DNA of 64,000 nucleotides from Perkinsus chesapeaki ATCC PRA-425 (Eukaryota > Protista > Perkinsozoa): positions 35,718-99,717 of the forward strand of contig JAAPAO010000056.1 in assembly GCA_013115145.1 (NCBI GenBank), given 5' to 3'. The translations under genes were made by a program, and so were the position numbers. Position 1 is the first letter of the stretch. The number at the start of each line of letters is the position of its first letter. The notes beneath the pieces were generated by a model that saw nothing but the letters and a program-made list of their open reading frames with translations, did no database searches and was not told the origin of the DNA. Below are positions 25,226-37,283 of the stretch, piece after piece.

Positions 25226-28200
25226 ATGGACCAACAGTCCTGCAAGACATGCCCCGGTGAGGATATCCCCGATGAGAACAGCGTACGGGTTAGGGTACCG
25301 GCAACAACAGTGAAGACTGAAAATACGTGGCGGAAACGGAAAAATTTCACGCCCATGCGGGTAGGTATTTCCAATCCCACTCTGGCGAATTATTCTCGTC
25401 AGAGAGAGCAACCGTCGAAGCGTGGCAGAACGAGTCCTCGCAACAAGAGCAGTGGTAGCTGCTCACGCAACATGTGTTTCATTACTCTCGTCATTCAGGC
25501 TCGCAATCGATCAGGAAATTCCTAGCACCGGTTTCGAAACCGAACAGCACCATAGGTGTAAGCCGCATTCTCAAGGGGTCACACGTCGATTCGATTTCGA
25601 TCAGACTGCCCCGAGCTCGCCGTCGATGGAGCTGGTGGAATTTCCGTGGACAGAATGCAGTGACAGTGCGGATGCCTCGGACTCCAAGAGCTCCGAGGAT
25701 CTCGCTATATCAGCTCTGGAAGTCCAGAAGTATGTTGCCAAGATATCTTACTGGGATGAGTGAGTTGAATTTATCAGGTTACGCAGGGAGTTACTCGACT
25801 GCCAATCCTTCAATGAGAGTTTGATGAGCGAGCGAGAAAGGTATCACAGAAATCTGGGTATGGTCCCATAGTGTAACCAATAGGCATATAAAGGAAGTCA
25901 AAGAGTTTAAGGATACCCTCAAGCGTGCAGCAGCTAACATGCGGGAAATCCTCAAACATATGTCACAGTAGCCACAGTGAATGTTCGAGTCCTCCTAGAT
26001 CACCAAGCTTGATGTCAGTACGATGCATTTGGAGAATAAGAAAGATCTGCAGCAGCAAGCTGAGCGTCTTGGGAAGCTCGTGCCATCAACGAGGAGGTGG
26101 GTGGTGCAACCCTCCGACTTGCCATCTCAGCCGCTGAGACCCAGCGTTCCACAGTCTGGCATTGCTCCTCGACGCTGCGGCCCGAAACTTTGCAGAGATT
26201 ATTATCGAGTGCTTCCCTCAGTGCTACTGGCCACCACTGGAAGGGAGGTACGGAAGAAAAAAGCATTCTGGACGCACACAAAAGGCTGCAGTCGTTCAAG
26301 GCCCAGCTCGACGAGGAGAAAGCTCAATATAGAAAGTTAGTCAGCTGTTGACTTCGTCCCACAGAGATGAAACTCCTAGGCTATTACGGATCCGTCGGGC
26401 CAGGGCAAATGCGGAGGGACAAGCCGGGCCGGAGTCTTCGACGTCTGTGTTCCAGGATGATGATACCAATACGAAGTTCCCTGGACCCTCGGATGTGAGT
26501 TACCACTCAACGAGATGTCGACAAAATCGATTGCGGTTGTTCTTGCCAAGAGTTGGTCTCCAGAAGATTTGGGATGTGCTGTTGAACCCAAAATGGAGAT
26601 GTTCTATACGCAATCGTAACGATGTAGATTTTTCGAGCCCTTGACTGCCCAGGCTGCGAGCGCTTCTTTCTTTGACGATCCACGGCTTCCCACTTTACCG
26701 ATTGACAATTGTATTTTGACATTCCCCTGAGGGGCTTGCAGGAGGTTTCTATATGCATTCAGCTGATGCCCGCGGATGAGGCTGAATACCAAATACACGA
26801 GGCAAAGGAGAATATCCAAATGATGGAAATGACACTGAAGAAAGTGAGCCAAGCCGTGTCCCACTGCGGTGGCATGTGGAAATCTCCGAGTAGACCGAGG
26901 CGGATCTGGTGGAGAGAGAAAATCGTCTGCATGCTGAGCGGACTCTCTTCAACAAGGAACTCAGAACTTGCAATTCCCACGAGCAGAGTGCATTCGGGAA
27001 TTACCCGTGCCTAGGGAAGAGCACAGATGGACTACTTCCCGGGAGGTATGTCGACGCCTGGGGGTCTTGGTCAGGGCAAATTGGTAGGTACCAGCTTATG
27101 ACCATGATTGGCAAGGGGGGCTTCTCGGAGGTGTTCAAAGCTTACGATTTGGAGACACACAGGTAGGGGGAAGCTCTTGGTGTTAAGTTGTATTATCCCT
27201 ACTATTGTCTCCGTGTGAAGGTGATTCTGCGCGTAGTCCTGTCAACCCAGGCAAACACATTGGGTATTTCTATCAGAATGACGCTCTTCTAAGAGGGGCA
27301 ACCGAATACTTTTTTGCCTCGCTGCGGTTGATTCTTTGTACTTTTATCGAGGCAACTTAGCAGACAAGGGTATAAATCACTTCTAAAACTTCAGCTCGCG
27401 CGAGCCGGCAAACGTCTTCTCGATTGTTCCCATTAATCCATTGCCCGCAGTTACGTCGCCGTGAAGATCCATCAGATCCGGCCTGACATGACTGAGATGG
27501 CTCGAGAAGCATACGTGAGACACACTTGGCGAGAGTGAGCACCGCGCTCCCTCTCGGCCTCGACTTCCATTCAGATACGGGATCCACAAGCGACTTAAGC
27601 ACCGGCGTATCATTCAGCTGTATGACTACTTCCCCATCGATTGTCATTCCTTCGGAACTGTGCTTGAGTGCGTATAGACTCGCTCAGGCTTAGTAAAGCT
27701 CTGCGGTTTCAGATTCTGTGAGGGAGTCGATCTTGACACTTACCTGAAGGCCCATGGTCCGATACCGGAGAAGGAAGCCCGAGGGATCATGGTCCAGGTC
27801 TTCAGCGGTCTCAAGTCAGCGAGGAGCCGACAGCCGGTGGCAGCCTTTGTGTGTAGATACATGAACAGTGGCGGCCATAAGATAATACATTACGACCTGA
27901 AGCCCGGGAATCTAATGTGGGTCACCTTCGGTTGTAGTTAAAGGTCCATACACCCTTACGAAATATGGATGGGAGTCCCATCATGGGACAAGTAGTACTG
28001 AGTGATAGGAAATAGATTCCAAATGGGAGAACTTCAAATGCATTGCCTCCTGGAAAATGAATTACCTGTTGACACTAGGCTACAGGTACCACGAGGGGAA
28101 CATCAAAATCACAGACTTTGGGTTATCGAAGCAAGTGGATCAACAGCAAAACCACGACACTGTCGAGCTCACATCTCTCGGCACAGGAACGTAGCGATGG

Positions 28201-28632
28201 ACCTTTACTGGCTTGGCGTCATCATCTAGATGATCAGTTATTGGTATCTTCCACCGGAGTGTTTCGACACGTCGGCTGCGAAGATCAGCAACAAGGTTGA
28301 TGTCTGGAGTTGTGGAGTTATCTTTTACGAGCTGCTCTTCGGTCGGAAGCCCTTCGGTGAGGTTCTAGAAGCTTCCGATTCAGAGTTGGTACTCAGGTCA
28401 TGGAATTAGCCAAGATCATCTCATCAGAGCCGGAACCATCAAGAACGCTCATGGAGTGGAATTCCCACAGAGCGGTCGGGTCTCTAAGGAAGCTAAGGTA
28501 GCTGTCAGCCGGCTGCTCACTGCGTTGAACGCCAATGTTCAGAGCTTCATCCAGCGACTGCTGATTTACGATCGACAGTTGCGGCCCGATGTAATTGAAG
28601 CTGCCAATGATCCTTATATTAGAAGAGTATAG
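25226..28632 (+). CDS. TLK: Tousled-like Ser/Thr kinase (coiled-coil N-terminus; start approximate)
   Basis: Spliced motifs [87 protein letters not shown] and [13 protein letters not shown]. Confidence 0.95.
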
Positions 28633-28781
28633 TGCAAGTATCATTTCTAATAATGTAGCAGGCGCGGCTTGCCTGACTGTTATTATATCTGCAGCAGCAG
28701 AAGCATGATGCAATGATCCTGCACACACTCGTCTTGCGTTCTAGGGAGTCCCTCAAAGCAGTTACATAGTTTTCTAGTAGA

Positions 28782-29613
28782 ATGCCAGCAACTGTAGTAC
28801 CAGCCACTAGTGTGCAGTCTGGAGACTCATCGAGCCTTTCCGGGAAAGAACAATCAGAGGGAACATCACAGCAGCGACGTGAGCAGGCAACGACCGAAGG
28901 TAGGGAACTATCGATAGGCGCTTCGAACCTTCTTGCAGGATCCTCGCCTGCAGTCGAGACAACACCAGTGTCAAGCCGGTCGGGGTTCATCGAGGGAACA
29001 ACACAGCTCGAAAGTGAGCACCGCGTTTGGTCCGCAAACAGTGTTATGGTAGGTTTATTCGAGGGGTGCTCTCCCGAGGCCAGGCTGTCCTTTGATAATC
29101 AACAAAAGTGTCTTGAGATTCTCGCCAAGGGGACCGGGTGCCCTTCAAAGTAAGCCCTTCTGGTCGAGCAATATGAAGCTCGGGTTTGTGCAAGCTCTCC
29201 TGTAGTGCGGCGATTTGCCGTGCCCTTGTTGCCGAGGTTGATGCGCATATTTGTCTAGATATTGGGGATCAGTGCGCGAGATCCTGGTGAAGAGCATCGA
29301 CGCAGCCGCATCCCGTCGAGATCAGAGTACCGACACCGGTGATGCTATCAAGCAACGCAAATGGATGTGTCGCTACTTGACATCCCTCCCCGTCCCACCG
29401 AACAATGGTCTGCAACGAGTGGCCGAGTGCTGCCTAGATGACGCGACTTGGAAAAATCTCGATAAGTGGACGTTCGCCGTATTGCGGTGCGTCAGCGCTA
29501 TGGTCATTCCTGAGGATCACAGCCAGACCGTCTCACCCAACACTAGCAGCCGAAAACGAAAGGTGGAGGACCGTGATGGCTCAGCAAAGACGCTCGTGTC
29601 TGCTGAAGATTAG
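28782..29613 (+). CDS. Hypothetical protein (two exons)
   Basis: ORFs 28782-29153 and 29251-29613 are joinable by a GT-AG intron; basic RKRK patch near the C-terminus. Confidence 0.55.
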
Positions 29614-30311
29614 CCCCGAGAATAATTACAATACACTGTCACAGTATGTTATCACTTACGTCTCTGCGACTACGATAAACTTTGCAGCAGCAGGGAGCTT
29701 GTCAACTGTTGTGTTTAAAGTCTTACAGCTGAGGTATGCATTCTCGAAACACCCGCCAAATGCGAATCACGTACGACTAACTCCGCCTGCTTATCACTTG
29801 CACTTACGACACTCAAAACTTATGGCAAGACCATCGTGAGATATTCTTCCTATCACATCTCAAGACTCTTCCATACAGGAATGAATCGTTTTCATCCCCT
29901 GTCGAATCTGCCTAGTTCCTTTCATGCCGGATACTTTAACTTTTAGATGGTGGCATGCTTCAATAATATATTGTTCGCGCCCAATATCTTCATTTTGTTC
30001 CGTCAGTCATTGTCTAGTATCAGTATCATATATTAGCACTAATAGTGTTAGTATCATTGTTTTGGTACAGTTAACGTATATCAGAGATCAAGAGGAGTAA
30101 GTTGTTGCTGAGTTATAACATACTTAAAGCGAATATGACACCCTTTTGGAACTCAATTACGTTCGATGAGTATTAGCTGTAGGTTTTCCATCTTCGTAGA
30201 AAAGTGTACTCAACGCGACACACTGAAGGCTCCTTAACTCTAGCATTACATCACGCACCGTTCGTGAATTACGAACAACTAAATCGCGGCCAAACTTCAT
30301 CAAAAATCACA

Positions 30312-31063
30312 TTATTGTCTGACATAAGAGAATGGGTTTGAATACATCGGCGGAGCATAGCCAGAAGCATCGTTAAAAACACCAGCGTGAGCAGGCATAT
30401 GCCACATGTGGCTGTTGTTGTAGTAATCTCCTGCATCATGCATGGCAAAGGGTAATAAGTATGGATCATAGTGGTCGATGAAACCGAATGGTTGAGGGAC
30501 CCATCTATTCGCGTCAACTTGGTGGGCTTGAGGAGGCGGAAGACCACGAGCATGTTGCTGCTGCTGCACGTCGCTGGGCTTCGTACCCAAGATACCTTCA
30601 GCAGAGTTGAGTAGAAGCATCCTAGACAGCTCCGATGACTCCTTGGGTGGTGGAGGGCAATCATGACAGTACATGCATTCACTTCCTCGTGTACACCCTT
30701 TACTGTAGTAGAAGGCACACGGTCGACACTGCTTGTCAGAGTGCCCTAGGGACCCGACCGACCGGGCAAGCGTCATAACCACCGAGTAGCCTCCTTCGAA
30801 GCACGAGGTCTCTGATGGGGCGCTCTGACTGGCCACTTTCCGTGGTGAAGCAGACAGTCTACGACTTCGCCGTGCTCTCGCTGTCTCGACACCACTTTCG
30901 CTGCAGGAATCATCGCCGGGAGAGGAATCTGCGAAAACAACGATTCCACGGTGAACGCGGACGAAATCCCACCTTTTTTCGGTGCGTCACAAGATTTGCT
31001 GCGTCGCACACTGGGTTTCTTTTCCAGATGTATAAAGGTGTTTCTTATTCCGTATTGGGGCAT
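30312..31063 (-). CDS. CCCH zinc-finger protein with N-terminal IRNTFIH motif
   Basis: MPQYGIRNTFIHLEKKPSVRRSKSCD; a 44-nt intron shifts the frame into SVGSLGHSDKQCRPCAFYYSKGCTRGSECMYCHDC, followed by a Q/P/Y-rich tail. Confidence 0.85.
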
Positions 31064-31206
31064 GAGGGTAACGGGCCTCAGCCCAAGTAGAAGGGGCCTG
31101 AAAGATACGGTAAATCAATACTCCCGAACAATGGAAGTCAAAAGTGCGCCTTCAAAAGCGCTCGCCCAAAACACAAAAATGAGGTATCAGAAACGACGTC
31201 AAAGAT

Positions 31207-32464
31207 TCATGCATTTAACCGCCACTCTATTAGTTCTGCAGTCTCTGGAAAGGACATCAGCGTAACACCTGTTAAGCGTTTCAATTGCGTTGCTTTGACT
31301 CTGGCGAACGCCCGTGCCTTTGGGTCACCAGATCGCGTCACGTCACAAGCTATGGCCTTTGCTGAGTTGTAGGTGTCCACACGGTAACCACAAAGGTTTT
31401 CGTTAGATCTCCAGCCGTCCAATTCGGGCGCAACACTAAACGATATCAGTTCGCTATATGGTTTCGCTGGAATCGCTAGGTTCACTCCCCATAAGTCACG
31501 GATTCCCACAACAGTCTGGAACTTCATCAAGGGGTCCGCCCACTCGGCAGTTTCAGAGCGTCTGTGCAGCACTGCGGCCAAGTCGGAATTGCCCTCCTCT
31601 TTGATTGTCTCACAGATCCCGACATATGCCCAAAGAGCCTCCTGTGCTTGCTGAGCTGTTGCTCGGAGGCTAGCGGCTCGAACAGTCTCGAGGCTTCCAG
31701 CGGGCAAAGGCAGGCCCCAGGCTACCGCTGCAGTCATCTGCAGCCATGGGGCGACGGCGCAGTCTCTCGGTAAAGGTGAACCACAACTGAGTGACAGTTG
31801 TACTTGTTGATAATCATCCACGCTGCCTTCTGAGATCAAAGCGCCCGCTTTATCCCTGAGGGCCTCTAGGAAGCCATTTGAGCAATGATACTGTCCTACA
31901 GCTGTAGCAAGCGACACCACATCGCGTGGCTCAAGTGCAGCGACCCATACCGAGAGCCGGGCCCAATGCTCGTCGGTTAGCTTGGCTTCTGGACCACAAG
32001 TCGCCAAGGCCAGTCTTATAACCGCGGTACCGACAGAGGCTTCCATGTACTCGAGTTCGTCAGTGATGATGCTCCAGAGCTCCTCGGCAAGGGTGCTGCC
32101 GATGGTGCGACCACAACGAGCGTAGCACAGTAGAAGGTCAGACAACTCTACATGAGAGAAACCCAACAGTCTCGGGTAGATTTTGTCCTCAAGCTTGCGC
32201 AGGATCCGGGGGTCATCATTGAGGTCTGTTCGACGCAGCACACTTGAGAGGAGGGACGCTAATTGGTGTGGTCTGTGGAAGCGGAGGAGTAACTGAAGGA
32301 GCATATAGCACTGAGTGGGAAGAGGCAATGACCTGGTCATCTCCAAGGACTGTAGCGCTGCCATCAATGCTGTCGGAGGCTGGCACGCGCTTTATGTACT
32401 CGGTAGTAGCTTTCCGATGGGGAGCTGCGGAGAGGTTTGGTGGTTTTATCCGGCGAAGAAACAT
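31207..32464 (-). CDS. Helical-repeat protein with C-terminal RAP-like domain; possibly mitochondrial
   Basis: Exon 1 MFLRRIKPPNL...GDDQ joins the 386-aa ORF through a 40-nt intron. C-terminal ENLCGYRVDTYNSAKAIACDV...KATQLKRLTGVTLMSF resembles RAP. Confidence 0.65.
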
Positions 32465-32604
32465 TGGAATGAGAACGGTGGCTGAAGGCTACCCGACACA
32501 GCCTGCACTTCAGGAACCCTCGATGTCCACAATAGTGGCTAAGGGCTTTTTAACAATGTTTACGCTGACCCAACAACTCTATGACCATTCGGATAAGGAA
32601 AACA

Positions 32605-33864
32605 CTATTCAAGCAGATCAATTGGGGCAGCATTATTGTCACACTCTTCCTCCGGCAAAGGTTCCCGGTTCGAATCTCCGCCACCGGCGTCCAAATCAAT
32701 ATCGCTCCAGTTGTCCCAGCAAGTCTCATCTCGATAAATTAAGAAGATCGCATAGAAGTATCTTTGCCAGAAATCATCTTCTTTTATCCTCGCCGGAACC
32801 AGACGATACCGCACTCGATTCACAGAGGGAACCTGTTTGATCATCTCCAAAGCTATATCGGTCGGCACCTGTTAAAGCAGAGAAATCCACTCGAAGTGTC
32901 AGAACTACCACCGACCTTAGCCGCGGCCTGTACGAGCTTGTCGCCTTGCATGTCTTCCGGGATTGCCGGGCACTTCTTGAGAAATGCCTGGTGGCCTTGT
33001 ACCTGATAGAGGGCTGGTCTGAACACTTTCTTCGCACGTATGCTTACAGCAGGATCCTGCGACTCGGTCAATTGCCGAATACGCCTCTCGGCTTCAGCAA
33101 AGTCTATCCGTGTGGTTATATGAACATCCCGTGTTTTATTAGGAGATAGCCTGAAGACCGTCGATGTGAGTCCTGTTGGGATAAGTGAATTTACAGTAGA
33201 GTGCCGCCGCGTGCCCAAATGGGACTGACGAGAACTTTATCTTGCCACCGGCCTAGCGCGGTCTATTGGAAGCTATGTAACACCCCTTCATTTGTTAAAC
33301 TTTCCGTCTGTGGAAGCAAGTGGAGCACTGTACGCAAGCCCCATGGCGTATCACGAGGTTGAGTTGAGCTAACAGCATCAAATGCATATGTAAGCTTTAT
33401 CACAACAATCCCTAAAGCTGAGATGCAGTTCCACAAATTACGAGTTTAATCTGCTGCACACCGCCTACCTTTGCGACAATAGGCTTGATAAGCATCTACA
33501 GCGGCACTCTATAACACTACGCAGCAAAGGTAGGCCACTCTCATGTGTGTGCGTGACTACATGTGTGCGAGTACATCGGGGAGATCCTCGTACTTGAAAG
33601 GGTCGATGATTCCTTACAATTTCAGGCGGAGCAGGAGAGTTCGGCTAGACTGAGAATCCTGCTAAGTCCAGAGTAACCCAGTACCCGATCCCCACGCTCC
33701 CCGTAGCACCTCGAATCTTGCTGATCGGCAGTAGCCATAAGCGCCAGATCTCGCCATGGATATCCACCAGGATCACACCCGTCTGTATTGTCTCGAAGGG
33801 CCTTCTTCTCACGGGAAGACATTGACTTATGGTGCCCTTTCACCAGCTTTTTCAAGCTCTTCAT
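32605..33864 (-). CDS. BSD-domain protein (SYAP1/Sap47-like)
   Basis: DIALEMIKQVPSVNRVRYRLVPARIKEDDFWQRYFY is a BSD signature. Upstream exons YPWRDL...EAERRIRQLTE...FLKKCP fit the family layout. Confidence 0.85.
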
Positions 33865-34174
33865 TTAAAAACAAAACTGCACTGTGCAGATGCTCTACCG
33901 CAATTTGTCAAATTTCTCAAAATGCGAAGCTAACCGCGCGCGCCCGAAAAGTTTTCGGCGAAAACGCAACTCCGGTCCAAGGGAAGAGACAGAGGATTGG
34001 ATCAAGCTCATTAACGCCGGTTGACCCTCCCGTAGGTGAACCGCTTCCCTAGAGTAATATACGAGGGAGTAAAAACGGATAGACCTTCCGAAAAATGTAT
34101 AACTACGTCTATCTCGATTCGTGGAAATCGTTAGGCCAAAATAGCCCTGTTGGGAGTGAAGGCATTCCTTATCA

Positions 34175-34965
34175 ATGCCCACTACCGTCGAGTCGGTTAT
34201 ACCTCCAATTCGATGGCGTAAACGAGATACCGATGAGGGTGAAGAGAAGGAAAAGGACAACACAGTCTCCAAAGTAACTCGTACGGCGCTATGTATCTGC
34301 GAGCCTGCTGGCCCCCAGATGCGAGGCTATGTCCGCTCAACCATGGACTACCTTCTCGGCGATTTCAGTGGGAGGAGTTCTAAAGGCCTCACCAAGTCTT
34401 ACATCGATGTGAGAGCATTTGCCGATCAAGTACCTCCGGTGGGTCGGAGGCCTCGCTGCTAAGTCTCGTTCATCATCGGCCAAACTCACTTTTAGGATAT
34501 CTACTACCCGGCAACCGTCCCGTCTCAAGCAGGATCGTTGCTGGCTTCGAATCTCGACGTCCTGTAGGGCCACTAGCCACTACCGACCTTCTGTACCCCT
34601 CAGATACTCCCGGAGCATCGAGAGCTTGCCTGGTGAGGACATCTACATACCGAGCTATCATGTCGACACACAGTCGTCTGTTGATAAGGATGCATCTCTA
34701 GCAGACATGAGTAGGCTTACTACACGCCATGGCGGGACTTAAGCGGCTCGTAGGCACCACGGCCAGCGGCCCGAGCACCTCACTATATAGCGTTACCACA
34801 ACCGACTACCTTTCCCATCATTCGACTTCCCAGAGCGTTAAGGGATCCTCTACAGCACCGACCTCCTCGGAAACCTCGCCCGGAGGGAATTCGAAGATAC
34901 CGGTTGGTCGTCTAAGCTGCTATACCGGTCACTTCGACTCCCGTTCAGAGCCCTCCTATCCCTAA
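34175..34965 (+). CDS. Hypothetical multi-exon protein
   Basis: ORF segments 34175-34462, 34560-34710 and 34729-34965 with GT-AG boundaries; no domain recognised. Confidence 0.45.
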
Positions 34966-35700
34966 AGGCGGCCTCGTTCTGACATCTGGTTTGGCATCGG
35001 CCGTATGTGCGTCTGCTCTGTACTCGATATCGGCATGGGCCAGACAGCGATCGGTCGCAGCAGCGGCCTCAGAAGGCCTCGCCGTAGGCATGACCGCAGG
35101 TCGGTCTTGATTTTTGGTTAGCGTCTCGCCTGGCATCATTGAACACTGCGGAACAGGATTGGAATTAGCTTGTCCTTCACTCAGGTGGCACCAAGGCTAT
35201 AGTTTCGTCGGTTTTCGGTCCAATCGCAGCTGAGATAGTATCAGTTGGCATCCACACAGCAGCCACCTGCAGCCGTCTTACTAAACTGGAGGACGCAGAA
35301 GGTAACTTTTATCGGCAAGGGAACGACTTCGTAAACCCGTCGAGTTTCCGCATTCGTTTGGATACGCAATTCTCTTCATGAAGTTGGAGTTCTCAGGTAT
35401 CTCACCAGCCTCCATCGATCTTCAGCGTCGACGAGCCATGGCCTCAGCGGTGGGAGGGGCGGTAGGGTCGAAGCTCCTCGTTGGCTACGTCAAAGGATAT
35501 TCCACAGATCGATCCGATCAAGAGAGAAAGTGAGACTTTCGGTAGTTCTTTAACGTTCTCAATGTCGCACCAGGATGCTTCTGGCCGCCGCTGGCCTCAC
35601 CGGCAGCGTTATCGGCAGCCTCGCTGCGAAGTGGATCGTCGACCTCCAGTTCGAGGCATCACACCACCAGAAGAAGCAGCATCGCGTTGACGCCTCGACG
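34945..35700 (-). CDS. Hypothetical multi-exon protein (poorly resolved)
   Basis: Coding-like segments LEVDDPLRSEAADN..., PPLRPWLVDAEDRWRL and the ORF 34945-35139. Confidence 0.3.
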
Positions 35701-36094
35701 TAATTTTCGTCGTCTTGCATTTATCTATTTGTTGTTTTCAATCACATGCGTAACCATTGATGATAGCGATCGTGTGAACGTTTCTGTGTGGAATTAGTTG
35801 GCAAAAGTGTTGCTTTTATCAGTCACCAACAAATCGACATAGTCGTAACGCTATTGAAGGAAAAACATCGAGGAGGCTTCGTGAAAACTCCTGCAAGAAC
35901 GAGGTCGATATCTGAACGACTAGAGCTTCGGTCCCTCACGCACTTGAATGCATGCGTGATCTCGGGCGTTATCGATGCAAGACGGAAGGAGCATCTACTG
36001 TATGCCTGGCAATTGATGCACAACTGACGTGTGTTACGCCCATGCCACTGGAAAAACCCAACAGCAGGATCAAGGAGGAAATGATAATATATCT

Positions 36095-36873
36095 TCAAAG
36101 CCTCCCTGGCAACGGCGGTGGCATTGGAAGAGCACCCGGTCGGAATGGAAAACCTGATCACGAAATAAGCCATTTGAACTGGTTGCTGGACTTGCCTCCA
36201 AAGCCTTTCCCAAAGACCATGCCTTTTCCGAAACCTTTACCGAAGGCATACGGGTGAGGTTGAATGTTCAACGGTGGCTCCGCGGATGGGTAGGTCACAT
36301 GACCGAACCCTAAAGAAAACAGATGTCCCCAAAAGTAGCCAGGCCGACTTACGTTCAGCTTCGGGAGTTCCATCGTAGTTCGGAGCGTGGACGATGCCGT
36401 CTTTGACAAGCTCGGTAAAATAGCTGAAAGAAAAATCGCTGAAGTGGAATATGAAAGCGGAACACCTTACAACCAGTCGTGACAATTGCAATCGCTATCT
36501 TCCGAGAGAGTGTCTGACAGAGTGGGGTAAGCATTTCAAGCGTATGATGGTTATCACGCAGGATTTATGAACTTGAAGGATATGCGAGCTTCGTCAACGT
36601 CTCGTAGACTGCGCGCAAGCATTTCGCAGCTTATGAGCGCCTCGTGATTCACCAATGCAGATAAAGAAGATTTTTTGACAGGTGGTGAAAGCTACATAAA
36701 GACGTGGGGTTGTTATGGAAGTAGCATCAACACTCTCCTGCGTGAATAGGAAGATAGGTGACCTACTCAATCTTGTTCTGTATGTGCTTCCGACCTGTAC
36801 AATGCTGTTTCCTGCCGAAAAAGCTGCTGTGAGCTAGGAAGATATCGCAGTACTCGCAATAGTACTTGGGCAT
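36095..36873 (-). CDS. SNRPC: U1 snRNP protein C
   Basis: [35 protein letters not shown]|DYF is the U1-C zinc finger. Introns 36424-36766, about 36310-36351 and GC-AG 36154-36195; GKG- and Pro-rich tail. Confidence 0.93.
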
Positions 36874-37283
36874 AACGAAAAAATATTTCAACACGCTGAG
36901 CTGATTGATGTTGGCGGTTACTCGAGACGTTGTAGGCGGGCGCTATTTGAGAACGAATCCGAGGGGCAAGAGTCTTGTTGCACGACGCTAAGGGATGATC
37001 CTGCGGTGAGGGGACAGCGCCGACACAATTTGGTATCATAGATTATGATAACAAATTGTGTCGGCGAACTATGAACTATGATTCATAGTTTGAGCGCAAG
37101 ACAAAACGCAATCGATTGTGGGATGGGACGAGCTCAGAAATAAGCTGTGAAGCCGGAACAGACTGAGAAGGCAGAATTGCTAAGACACCGCTGTATTTTG
37201 GCAAGGGATAAGGCTAAACACAAAATCCAATTTCGTCACGACAAAAGATGTTATGTACTCATAATGAGCGCCATGGACAGCAA

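Noticed and set aside
32660-32690. CCGGTTCGAATC as a tRNA T-arm
   Set aside because: The stem does not pair and the site is BSD coding sequence on the minus strand.
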